NCBI RefSeq assembly: GCF_041146345.1
Contig: NW_027191406.1
Span: forward strand, 992,001-1,056,000
Direction: 5' to 3'
DNA length: 64,000 bases
DNA from: Neodothiora populina
Taxonomy: Eukaryota
Part shown: in pieces, positions 12,048 to 23,842 of the stretch
How the letters are laid out: each line of letters opens with the position of its first letter
How positions within the stretch are numbered: position 1 is the stretch's first letter
Made by a program: the position numbers and the translations under genes
Notes under the pieces: generated by a model
What the model saw: only the letters and a program-made list of their open reading frames with translations
Told to the model about the DNA's origin: nothing
The model's database searches: none

Positions 12048-14685
12048 GTCAATACACAAGGCCGCAGCCCAAAGGTGCATTTGGCGCCTCACCCCAAAAG
12101 CCACGTCCCGCTCCTCCGCCGAGGAACGACACGCGTCTCCCCACCGAAGAAGAGATTCGGGCGGGCATGAATTATCGGCCAGCGCCAGGAGCCTCGTCGT
12201 CCTCGGACCGCGCACCGCCTTCATGGGCAGACTTCCAGCAACAGAATGCAGGCAAACCTGGCATGGGTCGGAGTAACACCACCAAAACCCCCAAGAGAGG
12301 TGGATTCAACCCCATGTCTGGCGGTGACGAAGGCCAGGCCGGCAGCACCGCCAACTACTCGACTCGAGCGAGGACAAAGTCGGATGACACACGCGCTTTC
12401 CCACCCCCTCCTCCGCCACCTGCTCGTGATCCTGAGCCAACGCCCGAATCTCATAGCTACAGCAATGATGCTCCGTACACCGAAGGCTCCAGGGTCAGGA
12501 CGCCATATTCCTTCCATCCCGGCCAGAAACGATTCACATCCAGCGACAACCTGCGCCAGAGTACCCCGACGAGGGAGTCCGCTGCGAGAACAAGCACGTC
12601 TAGAGCGAACGGCTCTGCCCAGAAACCTGTCATTATTGACTCCGATTCGGACGACAACTCCAGCTCTGCAACCGACTCGACGGCCACAACGCCTGAAAAT
12701 GCGAACGCGCAGACAAAGCCTAGCACCCCATCTGCGCCCAATCCTTTCGCGCCCCGACCACGACGTACCCCCGTGCCTCCAAGTAGCCGGACCGCCTCAC
12801 CCTTCAAGACCTCGAGATTCGAATCTGCTTCACCCGGCAATCTGGCAGGCAACAAGCCGCATGCAGGCGCAACCGATGGTGCTGGAGCTGGCCACAAGGC
12901 CACTTTTACCGGCTCAGCAGCCAATGGCCAGCCTGCGGAACAGGGCAGAAACACAATGTACGATCCTCCATCCCTTTCGCGTTTTGATTTTCCACCAGCC
13001 ACTCCTGTTTCGAAGTCTTCTCGTGCTTCGACTCCTGTAAAGTCTGAATGGGCCAACATTGGTACCTGGGCGATTCCTTCTTCTGTGAAACCACCATCAC
13101 ATCTTCACGAGTCAGGTATTTCTCCACAGGAACACAGGCGTCCCTCGAATGTGGAGTGTCCAGGGCTTAATTCAACATCGGTCCCGAATGGAACACCTCG
13201 AGTTCGTGGAGAGGCTCGTTTACCCAGTCTTTTCGATCCTTTGTCCTTTTTCAAGCCTGCTTCTCATGGAAAGAATCCTCCTATGGTGAATGGCAGTGCC
13301 AATACATGGTTTGTTTTGCCATGAAGATTCTGTTTTTGCATCGTTCTCTTGTCGTAACGCTCGGCATGAGGATTTCTTGCTGATTTTCTTTCTGATCTAG
13401 TTTTACGTTTCCGATTGACGCCAGCACCTTCGGCACGCCTGGAGTCAACAGCACGGCGACAAGCAAAGGCGATGGCCCGATCAACACGGACTTTACTCCG
13501 GGCCTATGGGAGGGCAAGTTCTCTGCCCCCAATGTGTTCGCCGCTCCTGTACCTGCTAGAAAGCCATCTTCTCCGACTCGTAAGTCTTCGAGGATATTCA
13601 GGACGCAAGCCAATGGATCTGCTACATCGGAGTCGAATGGGGGTGGGTTTGCTGCTTATAGCGGCAGCACAAACACGGAGCCTCCCCCACCAGCACCATC
13701 ACCGCCTCAGAATCCCGTGAAGTTTAGTGCCGATGAGTGGGCAAAGACAATGAGTAACCCCTCTTGGATTCTACAGCCCGAGCCCTCGAGATCGAGCTCG
13801 ACCGCGCCCACTTCCTCGCGACCCTCATCGAGAGGCAACAGAAAAGCTAGCGCAAAGACGTCGGCCGTGAAAATCCCGGCGACTATGCCCAAGCCTGCCA
13901 ACGTGACTCCGGTCGAAGACGAAAGCACCAACGACAGGGAAGCTCAGACAACGAAGACTGCTCCTGCTCAACCACAAGCTTCTCAGCCTGTACCTGCAGA
14001 GGATGCCATGGACATTGACATGGGCGGTATCTCTCCAGCCCCTAGCACTACGTTCGACTTTACAGCATCTGCTTCTCAAAAGAAAGAGCCAAAGTTCGTG
14101 CAAGTGGACCCGTCGAACCTGCGTAAAAGTGCAAGTCTAGGTGAAGTAAACAGTAGCAACACTGGGCTGAGGACCAAGCTTGACGATCTCGCCGATGTTC
14201 TGTCTCAGTCCACCACGGGGTCGGGCCTGGCAGACCTTGCCGACGTGGCCTCTACTCTGCCGTTCCAGTCCAAGCCATCCACGACCTTGCCAACCAAGAG
14301 CTACGCCCCACAACTCCTCGTCCTGCCCAAACTGCCAATCGCGCCCGAGGCACCCGTCAAGCTGACCAAACAGTCCTGGCAGCGCTACTGCGAAGTGTTT
14401 TCTCGTTACATGACTAGGTTTCATGACTTTGACGGGACCATCGTGGGTCACTTTGACAAGCGTCGGGTCGAGGCCAGGGAGATGCTCTTGCGCGGCGCCG
14501 CGGAGCTGGAGAGCGTGGGCGCGCTGAAATGGTTGGACTACAAGAAGAGTGTCGAGGAGGACGAGCGCGTCAGGGCGCATTGGAGTATCGGACACGAGAA
14601 ACATCTCGACGCGGTGCGTGGGTTTGAGGCTGTCAGGGAGAGGGTGCGCAAGTTGTCCGAGGGCACCGGGCTGGCTGATTTCTGA
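11506..14685 (+). CDS. DnaJ (J-domain) protein with long low-complexity body; apparent +1 frame break near 11910
   Basis: NYYAALEL...YRKLALKHHPDR J-domain with HPD. The protein continues in the +1 frame (ORF 11807) after a C6 run. Intron 12958-13400 (GTACGA...CTAG) joins in frame to ORF 13534-14685, which ends in a helical block (WQRYCEVF...EEDERVRAHW). Confidence 0.8.
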
Positions 14686-15276
14686 GCCCTTTTTCTTCTT
14701 CTTTTTAACAATGACATGAGTCGACGTGATTTTGACCAGGGCTCTGCTGCTGGATGTTTTTCTATTTTTCTTCTTTCTTCGGCATCTCAGGGGAACAATA
14801 ACACCCTGCCAACACTCGACGGGCGTATGGTTTGAAGGACCGCCGCGCTTGCTTTTCCGAGCTCACTCGTCTTACTCGCCTCATTATTGGGAAACACATA
14901 CAATCAATATCCACACGACGTCACAAGATCAGGCGTGTAGAGGTGTCAGGAGCAACGCCGTCATATCACAGCTTTCTTCTTGATCATTTTTCTGTCGTTG
15001 TCAGCCACGCACGAGGTCATATGAGGAAATGTGGTAGTCATGGACGGATGAATGGCATGAAAGGAACGGGAGTTTACCGCGGCCTTTTTGCTGTTCGGTC
15101 GTAGCTATGATGGTATGATAGAACGGTTCGTATGAGATGAATAGAGACCATGAATTCTCTCTTTGTTTTTCATTTCTCCTGTTTCAGAAGATACGCAGAG
15201 TACCTAAGTTCCTATAGTCCCTGCTTCATCACTAATGCCCTCAACCAATGGTAGGTACACAAAAAGAACAGGACCG

Positions 15277-16009
15277 CTATTTCCCCGCCTTCCCCAGAAG
15301 CATCTCATAAGTCCTGCGCACCTCGGCGCTCAAATACTCCCAAACGACCTCGTCGGAGTAAGGCAACGCAAAAGAATCCAACCGATCAGGGGGGTGAAAC
15401 CAGTAGTTCAACGCCATGTGGATGTTCGCATCGTTTTCTAGTCGTTGTTTTCCTTTTCCTTTTCCTTTTGCAGATACAGATCCATTGCTTTTGTTGTTGT
15501 TTTCGTGGTCGTCGCTGAACGACGTCACTTCGTGCCACCATGAAGTGGGTAGGTAGAGCATTTCGCCTGCTTTGAGGTCTACGATCAGAGGTTCTGGAGC
15601 GGAAGCTAGAGATGCGCACGGGATGGTCGGTGTTGCCAAGGAGAGGTGGTGGTGGAGTTCTTGGGTAGGGATTTGAGAAAAGGAGAGGGGTTCGCTGTTG
15701 CTGCTGCTGCTGCTTGGTTTCAAAGGGTTCGTTTCGTCGTCGTCGTCGTCTTGTTGGTTCTCTGACATGTCGTCGTAATCGTCGTGGTCATCGTTGAGTG
15801 GGAAATCGTCTTCGTCTTCGTCTTCGTCTTCGTCTTCGTCTTCGCTGTTTGGCTTGGGGGCTTTTTTGGCGTCTGGCGTTAGCTCGTCTTCTGCTTTTCG
15901 CTTGTTCGCAAGAGATGAAGAGGAGGCGTGCGCGTCGGCTTTGATTTGGGCGCTGATCTTTTGCATCAGTCCCTCGAATTGTTCGTCGCCTTTGAGATTG
16001 TCCGTTTCG

Positions 16010-16041
<32 letters not shown>

Positions 16042-16938
16042 GTCGTCGTCGTCGTCCTCGCCCTGCGCCTCCTCCATGGCGAAATCCATCATCTTGTCGA
16101 CAGCTTCATCGTAGAATAATTCCAGCGCCTCGAGTTCTGCGTCTGTCCCGTCTTGATCTCTCAGCAGATCCATCTTCTTCTCCAGAGCCTTGACTTTGAT
16201 CTCGGCGGCGTCTCTTTCCGTTAGTCCGTCTGCTCTGATGCCATCTTTGCCCGGAGACTCGTCGAGGCCCGGCTGTCTATAGACGATCAAGCCGTTGTCG
16301 TGAATCTTTTCCAACTGGCCATATGGTTTGGCGTGCTTGGCCATGTCGGGCGGGAAGAGAACAAAGCGTTTGCGTCCTTTGAGAAGAATATAAAGATTGT
16401 CGTGGAAGTCATGATGCAGACCAGAGCTGGCGCCCGATGACCTGGTCCTGCCGACCCAGAGGTTCATTTGTTGTAGAGAGAGATTGCCCATGAGGGACGG
16501 AGTGAGGGGAACGTCTCTGAGCAGAGACCTCACAGGCTCAGGAAACGCAGTGGCGGCCAAGTCCTCGTCGAGTGTGTTTTCTGCCTCTTCATCGTCATCG
16601 TCTTCCTCTTCCTCGTCGTCATTCTTCTCTTCAGCGTACTGCGTCGTCAAATAATCGTAGACGTCCCTCTCCTCGCTCAGCGACTCGAGAAAGTCCCCGA
16701 ACGTCGTCTTGACTCGCTCGACGTCGGTGCCGTATTGTTTCTTGCTGGCGTGCATGGGCTCGACCTTGACTCTTGCGTCGCCCGCATTCTGCTTGAGGTA
16801 GCTGATGTCTGTCCATCTCTGGTAGGCGAGGAACTCCGGGTCTGTCGGTACGCCGGTTATGACGAGCGGCTTGCGGGTCGAGATGTGGTGCTCGAAGAGG
16901 TATTCCGGCGTCAGGGTTTTGGTGTCTTTGCGCTCCAT
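15277..16938 (-). CDS. JmjC/cupin-8 Fe(II)/2-oxoglutarate-dependent oxygenase with acidic insertions
   Basis: RKPLVITG, NLWVG, SSGLHHDFHDNLY (HxD), GRKRFVLFPP, GEMLYLPTSWWHEV (distal His), MALNYWF. Intronless; start taken at acaacATGG (16938). Confidence 0.9.
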
Positions 16939-18518
16939 GTTGTCGTCTGTCTTCTTCTCTTGCAACAATGAAAAGCAGGGAGGGGATTGGGGTGGATCAG
17001 CAACTGCTCTGCTGGAGTAATTTAATAGAATAAAATAAAATAAACTCGTGGAAACTCGACTTTGCGCCGGAGATTAAAGTCGGGGTTTGGATGGACCTGT
17101 AAATCTCTTGGCATGTGCTATTACTGTGTCTAGGTATTCACCTGACATATCACTTTCGTGGCACTGGTATCCCGTAGCTGATAATAATATCATCGAATCA
17201 TCTCGTTACTTCATTGCACAGCTTGAACCCCATATCAATCTTCTATCGGTATGAGATCCCTCATAGTGCATGACTCGTGACTCTAGTGCCAAAGGGCGGA
17301 AGACCATGCTAGGATTGTGAAAAGGTCAACGGGGTGGTCAGCAGAGAAATCGTCGCAGAATCAGCATGACGACTCCTGAGGCATCTAACTATCGTTGTAG
17401 ACTACGAGGATACAGTCGACTGTTCTTGTGTACATGTGTGGCATGTGGTGGCACCGACATCTGAGACCTTTGCACCGGGAGATCATGAAGTAGCGGCAGC
17501 AGTGAAACGAGCAGAGCCCAGCGTAGCACAACCGTCGCACCTATCGAGATCTTACCGAGTCTCGAATTCCGATCACTGCTCTGAGCTCTTCTTTCTTCTA
17601 TGGAGCCCCGGACGGGGAGGTGTACATCATTCAGTGGTGCGTCTCTCTATAGTACCTATGAAAATGATAGGGAAGAAGTTCTTGGCAGCATGAAGCCAAG
17701 CTCATCAAGCAAATCCAAGCTCGCAATCCCGAATCAGAAGAAAATCATCAGAACAAAAAGCCAACCGTTCTTCCATGTCAACGACTCCCCCTGATGATCA
17801 TGTCTTTTACTTTCAATGTCTCCCGGTAACAATGTCGAAATCAAGGACTTGCAAAAGATGATTGTCATTATTCGTACATCGATCAAATCAACAATATCCG
17901 GCTTACGTCTCTGTGCCTCTTTGCTGAATCGTCGCATGTGTTGCGATAGCCGCCTGACGCGGCCTCTTGCACAGCACATCTCATCACTACCACATCCGAC
18001 CCGTTCGTCCTCGAAAGATCCTCAACCATCTTGAGACCCTGTAACTTGCAAGGATGCGACCGTTCTATACCTCTCGTGATCTCCACCCAGCACTTACGAA
18101 TACGGTAGGATGGTACCTGTATCTACTCGTGGTACACGAGATGATCGACCCTTGTCTGCGTCAAGCCCGGGAATGAAGACCCACCGATCAGCCTGCCTTC
18201 GCGTTTCAAACTTCTTGTGACAGCCACAAGGGACCTTGCACACGAGACATCCATGAGCGCGTAAACTTGGGGTGAAGATCCATGTGGGTTCGTCGGTACA
18301 AATTCATCATCATGTCTGCGCATCTGTGTTCTTGTATTTTTGTTTCCTGGTAGTCTTCCCATCTCCTGCTTGCTTTTCGTTGTGTCATTCATTCTCCCAT
18401 ACTCGTGCCTGTTTTCTTTATCGATTGAATTGTAAAGAATTTCGTATTGTGACTGTCATTTCTGGTTCCCATCTTATTCTTTTTTGCTTCAACTATATAC
18501 CCGCATCAGCTTTTCGTT

Positions 18519-20762
18519 ATGCAACTTTCTCCTACTTCACCACAGCGCAGATGCAGAAAGTATGGACAGGCTGTCCTGAATGTGGCAAAGGCTCCTCGAT
18601 GGAGAGCTTTGATTTTGACTTCTATCTTGTTGCTGATCACATGCTGGACATGGCGAGCGAGTCACGGCAACATCTCTGCAGCAAGACTTCCTTCATGGAA
18701 CAAGTCCGCATCGTCTGGCCTGCAGGACCAGAGTGCTGCGAAGCCGGCAACGCTGCAGATCTCTAACATTACGATCGATCTCGAGTCAGGAGAGCACAAG
18801 ACAGTTCCTGCTCGATTGAAGAAAGAAAACCCGCAATTCCATTTACTCATACATGCCCCCAAGATCAATGCGGGTGTTTGCAGATGCCTTCTGTCATCAT
18901 ACATCCTAAACTATCCCCCACCTACCTTGGTGGGATATGAGCCACCCGCAAACCAGCCGGAAGGGCAGACTATCATTCCTACCCCGAGGAACTCGACGAA
19001 TGACCAGAATGGGATACCCGATGTTTCACACTACCTCAAGACGCAACGGAAGATCAAGGATCAAGATGCTGTACTTCTGGTGGACGGAGAAAGTACCTTG
19101 TTCCAATTGCCTTCCGAGGTCTTGTTATCTGCCTTCACCGAAGAAAGCGCACGCCACAATCGCGAACTCGCGCGAAAGTATCCACCAGTGACATTACAAA
19201 CACCTCATGAGCCCCAGTCCGTGCAGAGATTCAACCAATCTGTACTTTTCGCATCATCGAATCAACGATCAGGCGGCGAGAGCTCGAACGAAAGATCCTA
19301 TAGCATCTTTGGTCTTCCGACTCAAGCTGTCGCGAAAGCGGCACAGGAGCCAAGCGTGAACGATGCAGCTATCATGGGCTCAGCACATTCATTGCGACGT
19401 CTTTTCAAGTCTGCCAGCGTTTCGAACAACCAATTCGTGCGACCAGATCTGACCACATTCCGCACTCTTCAGGCTCAACAGTCACGCGTCAGAGACGCAA
19501 CTTTCCATCCTCAGCAACAGCGACGAAGCGTCTGGCGCATCTGGAAGCTTTGGCTATCCGCCAGATTGTCCGTTGATCGTGCTGTGCGGTTCGAGCAGGA
19601 CAAGGAATCTCGGGCTGCGGCCGTTCGGGATCTGGGTATTGGTGTTGATGAGACGTCAAAGTTGGTATATGCTGTTCCTCCTGTCGATGTAAAGGAGCAG
19701 ACCCAGGACGAGGCAGGTCTTGAAGAGACCATTGCTACTGAACAAAAACAACGACTCGGGATTGTCAAGAGCGCCGACGAGTCTGGAGTTCGTATTCCAG
19801 GAGTGCTGAGAGCGAGCAAAGATGTGCAGGGCCCGTTCGGCATGCATCCCTCTCATCTACACATGAACGTCACCGCGCCACCAGCCTCCTCGGCGCGTGC
19901 CCGACGAAGCACAGATGAAGACTTTGAAGAAGACGAGTTTTGGATGGAGCCTGCACTTCCGTCTGACGACACGGCATGGTCGCAGATTCCCCTGGTCCTA
20001 AATCCAAACACTGGATCAGTCGCACCTGTAATCTCCACATCTTCTTCGACTTCCACGCCCGAGACCAACGAAGCGACCAATACATTAATCTACGAAAACC
20101 TCTGGTTCCACCCTTACGCCCGCAGTCTGCTCAATCAATATCTGCTCCGCGGCCAATCAAAAGAGGTGGCCTCGGAAGCAGCAGTCGGAGGAGAGAGATG
20201 GTGGGACAGCCGAGGGGGCAGAGGCGGCGTGTGGACCGTCGATGGCGAGTGGATCGACGCAGGGGAGCTGTGTGGAGAATTTGGAGCAGATTTATTTGTT
20301 GATGGCGAGGACTATTGGGTCGACGAGGAAGAAGTCTTGCCTGTGGTTGTCGTTCCAGCCGCCGCCGCTGCTGCTGCTGCTGCACCTGTTGCGCAACCTG
20401 CGCCTGCGGAAGATGCATCTGCGAGTGCTGCCACCGCAGAGGGACGCGAGGATGAAGAGCAGGATGTGAATGGAGAAGAAACGGTCGAGTCGACTGCTTC
20501 TCCTTCTTCTGCGTCATTGACTAGCGAACCTTCGACACAGTCTCCCGAGACTCCCCCACAAGAACAGACTCAACAAGCAGAGTCTGCTTCTCCTTCTTGG
20601 CCATTATCATCATCATCACCACCACCACCACCACCATCGTCATCCTCATCACCGGCATCAGTATCCCCCTCAACACCAGTCGAGGACGAAACCAACGACG
20701 TGCCGATAGCCATAATGGCAGACGGCACGAAAAAGGCATTATCCGAAGTGAGCAAAGCATGA
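18519..20762 (+). CDS. Type II membrane protein of an uncharacterised fungal GT-A glycosyltransferase-like family
   Basis: One N-terminal TM segment (ALILTSILLLITCWTW). Motifs FHLLIHAP..CRCLLSSYILNYPPPTLVG, VLLVDGESTLFQLPSEVLL and GGRGGVWTVDGEWIDAGELC. Acidic/Pro-rich tail. Confidence 0.6.
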   Translation: MQLSPTSPQRRCRKYGQAVLNVAKAPRWRALILTSILLLITCWTWRASHGNISAARLPSWNKSASSGLQDQSAAKPATLQISNITIDLESGEHKTVPARLKKENPQFHLLIHAPKINAGVCRCLLSSYILNYPPPTLVGYEPPANQPEGQTIIPTPRNSTNDQNGIPDVSHYLKTQRKIKDQDAVLLVDGESTLFQLPSEVLLSAFTEESARHNRELARKYPPVTLQTPHEPQSVQRFNQSVLFASSNQRSGGESSNERSYSIFGLPTQAVAKAAQEPSVNDAAIMGSAHSLRRLFKSASVSNNQFVRPDLTTFRTLQAQQSRVRDATFHPQQQRRSVWRIWKLWLSARLSVDRAVRFEQDKESRAAAVRDLGIGVDETSKLVYAVPPVDVKEQTQDEAGLEETIATEQKQRLGIVKSADESGVRIPGVLRASKDVQGPFGMHPSHLHMNVTAPPASSARARRSTDEDFEEDEFWMEPALPSDDTAWSQIPLVLNPNTGSVAPVISTSSSTSTPETNEATNTLIYENLWFHPYARSLLNQYLLRGQSKEVASEAAVGGERWWDSRGGRGGVWTVDGEWIDAGELCGEFGADLFVDGEDYWVDEEEVLPVVVVPAAAAAAAAAPVAQPAPAEDASASAATAEGREDEEQDVNGEETVESTASPSSASLTSEPSTQSPETPPQEQTQQAESASPSWPLSSSSPPPPPPSSSSSPASVSPSTPVEDETNDVPIAIMADGTKKALSEVSKA

Positions 20763-21553
20763 TCTTTGCTTCTTCCTCCTTTTCAGACGTTTTTCCTGTT
20801 TTCTTTGTCTCTTTTGGCTTCTAGCCTGTTTGGCGGCAAGCAGATGAACGGGTGGATGGATGGACATATCGGGCTGGGATGTTTCCTTACCATCGGTGTC
20901 GAAAGGCGTTTTTTTCCCAGCGGCGTTTCAGAGGCCCAGAGATGTTTGTGTAGTATGTATGTATGTAGAGACTCACGAGAACAAAACACCATTTCCCTTT
21001 TTTCACATTATCTTTTTTCAACTTTTTTTCTGGGACACCGGTCTTTCACATGAGTGAGAAACGAAATCGTCATAATGTCTGATCTGGTAGCAGAATCTTC
21101 AACATGGAAAAGAAAGTCTAGAAGAATAAGAAACGGAAAATATAACATTCTTTTTATCGTTTCGTCGAGAGGCGCGTTTCGCCTGTTCCCATCCCGTGCT
21201 TTTTCTCTTTCCTGCCCGCTCCAGTCCTCGATTCGGAAGGGTCGGAGCCAACGACTCTTTTTTTTCCTGTGATCGTGCTTCGTTTTGAAGTCCGACGCAA
21301 GCTTCACTACTGATCGGTCATCTTCGTTTCTCCTTCCTCGTTTCATGGCGGTCCGTTCGTGTCACTCTGCCTATGTAAAATACTGAAAATTTGGTCTGGA
21401 TGAACAGAAAAACCCCCCACTAGCAGCCCTTCGATTCATCTCGTCTTTCGTCCTCGTCTCGCCTCACTTCAACACGCCGTCGTCATCCTCATGTAGAAGG
21501 GGGGTGGGTGGGTGGGTATATGCTTGCGTTGTTGCTTTTCGTGTGCAAGAATT

Positions 21554-23617
21554 CTAAGCGGCGGTCTCGTCGGTGATGAGCTTGGTGATCTTGCCAATGG
21601 CGATGGTTTGACCCTGGAAGATGAGGTGTTAGTATAAGGAATATAGTGACAGTGGCAGAGAAAGAAAACTTACCTGGTCTCGCAACGTGAATCGTCCGAG
21701 TTGGGGGTAGTCCTCGAATCTCTCCACGCACAAGCTACCCGCACCACCGGTGACCTCGAGACGAGCGATGATGCTCATGCCCTTTGTGGCGAAACCGGGA
21801 GGCTTCTTGCTCTTCCTGCCCGTGCCCTTCTCGAGCTTGTGCAGCAGAGCGGTGAATGTGACTTCTTCGGTGGCGGCGTGCACGTGGCAGACGCAGTTGA
21901 AGCCGGCGGACAGGATCGACTTGATGTCCAAAAGGACGATCTGGGCCTCGAATGCAGCGACGTTGTGGACGGGTCTGCGAGGCGAGCACAGCACGAATCC
22001 CGGCAGGATGTCTTCTTCTTCCATGCCCTTGATGCGCAGACGCACCTGGTCTCCGCAGGTGGCGTATTCGACCTCGTCTTCGGTCTCGCCGTACAGCGCA
22101 GAGATGGTGATCTCGGTCTTGGTAGGCATCATTAGATACTTGATGTCCTTCTTGAGCACACCGGATTCGATCTTGCCCTCGATCATAGTGCCAAGATCGC
22201 GGTACTTGGCGGCGACGGGCATCATGAAGGGTGCGTTGAGCTTGCGCTCCAGCGTCTGCATGTTGTCGAGATACTCGAGCAGGGAAGGAGTGTCGCCGAT
22301 CCACGGGCAAATCTCCTTTGGCACGCGGTCCTTGATACCGACCGTCGTCTGGGCGGAGAGCGGCATGAAAGTAAGATCGGTCTTGGGGTTGTAGCCCACG
22401 CCCTTGAGGAAGACGGCGAGCTTGCCTGTGCACTCCTTGTACCTCTCCTCGCTCCAGTTGACAGTCGGGTCGTCCATCTTGTTGACGACGACAACGAGCT
22501 TGTTGACACCCTGGGTCTTGGCAAGGACGGCGTGCTCACGGGTCTGTCCACCTCTCTCGAAACCGGTCTCGTACTCGCCCTTACGCGCAGAAATGACCAG
22601 AACACCGACATCGGCCTGCGACGCTCCACCGATCATGTTGGGCACAAAAGTCTTGTGGCCAGGGGCATCGAGAATAGTGTAACGTCTCTTTTCCGTCTCA
22701 AAGAAACCACGACCGACTTCGACAGTCTTGCCCTGGCTTCGCTCCTCCTTGGTGAGATCGAGAGCCCAAGAAAGATACCAGGTCTCACGACCGGCCTCCT
22801 TGGCATCACGCTTGTACTTGTCCATTGTTCGCTCGTCAACCATGCCGGATGCATAGAGGATAGAGCCACCAAGAGTCGACTTTCCGGCGTCGACGTGGCC
22901 GAGGAAGATGACGTTGACGTGCTCCTTGCCATACATCTCCTTGAGCGTGGCGTCGTCGACATCGGCGGCCTGCTCTTGAGCGACCAGATCGGCCTGACGA
23001 CGCTCCTCGCGCTGCTCGGCCTTGCTGGAGGGGGAAGCACGGCCAGAGGGAGTGGGCGAAGTGCGTCCAGACACGGCAGCGGTGGGTGTGCCGGTCTTCT
23101 CGATGGCCTTTGCTGCCGCGACGGCCTTTCCGGCACCAGGCTGGGCCTTGTCGACGCTGTCCTTCTTCTCTTCCTTTGGTGCTGCAGGAGTGCCGATCGA
23201 AAGCACCTTGGATCCGCTGGCCGTCTTCTCGACCTTGGTGGGAGCGGCGGCGGCGGCGGCGGCGGTGCCGAGAGAGAGAACCTTGGCTCCGCCTACAGCC
23301 TTCTCGACCTTGGGAGCTGCGGCGCCAGTGTCGGCGGCGGACAGAGAAAGAGTCTTGGGCTTAGGTGCGGCAGCAGAATCGGCGGGCTTTGGCGATGCTG
23401 CGCTGGAGACGGCCTCGCCACGCTTGGCGATGGTGGGCACGCGTTGCTGTGATTGTGAGGGCTGGAATCCCTGGTTGTATGCTGCAAACTGCTGGCCCTG
23501 CTGGCCCTGGTGACCCTGGCCATATTGTTGTTGTTGCTGGTAGCCGCCCTGTTGGCCGTATTGTTGCTGGTATCCACCGTATCCTCCCTGCTGGCCGTAC
23601 TGGGGGTAGCCGCCGTA

Positions 23618-23654
<37 letters not shown>

Positions 23655-23842
23655 TGGCCGTAGCCCTGGTAGAACTGCTGACCGGGGTTGAATGCCTGAG
23701 CACCAGGCGTGAAGCTGCCGGCACCAGGAGTGAAGGTAGGAAGCTGCTGAGGTCGGCCCATGTTGAGCTGCCGCTGTGCCTGCCTGGAGAGTTCTTGGTC
23801 CTGAGCATCGGGCGAATCCTCCCACGAGTTGAGATCCGACAT
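21554..23842 (-). CDS. SUP35: Eukaryotic release factor 3 (Sup35) with Q/G/Y-rich N domain
   Basis: GHVDAGKST, DAPGH, NKMDD, YLSWALD, GRFTLRDQ. Intron 21614-21673, then final exon GQTIAIGKITKLITDETAA*. PAM2-like FTPGA repeats and polyQ/QQGGY N-terminus. Confidence 0.97.

Noticed and set aside
17600..17794. 64-aa ORF upstream of the GT-like gene
   Set aside because: No motif or splice support; cannot be told apart from a chance ORF.
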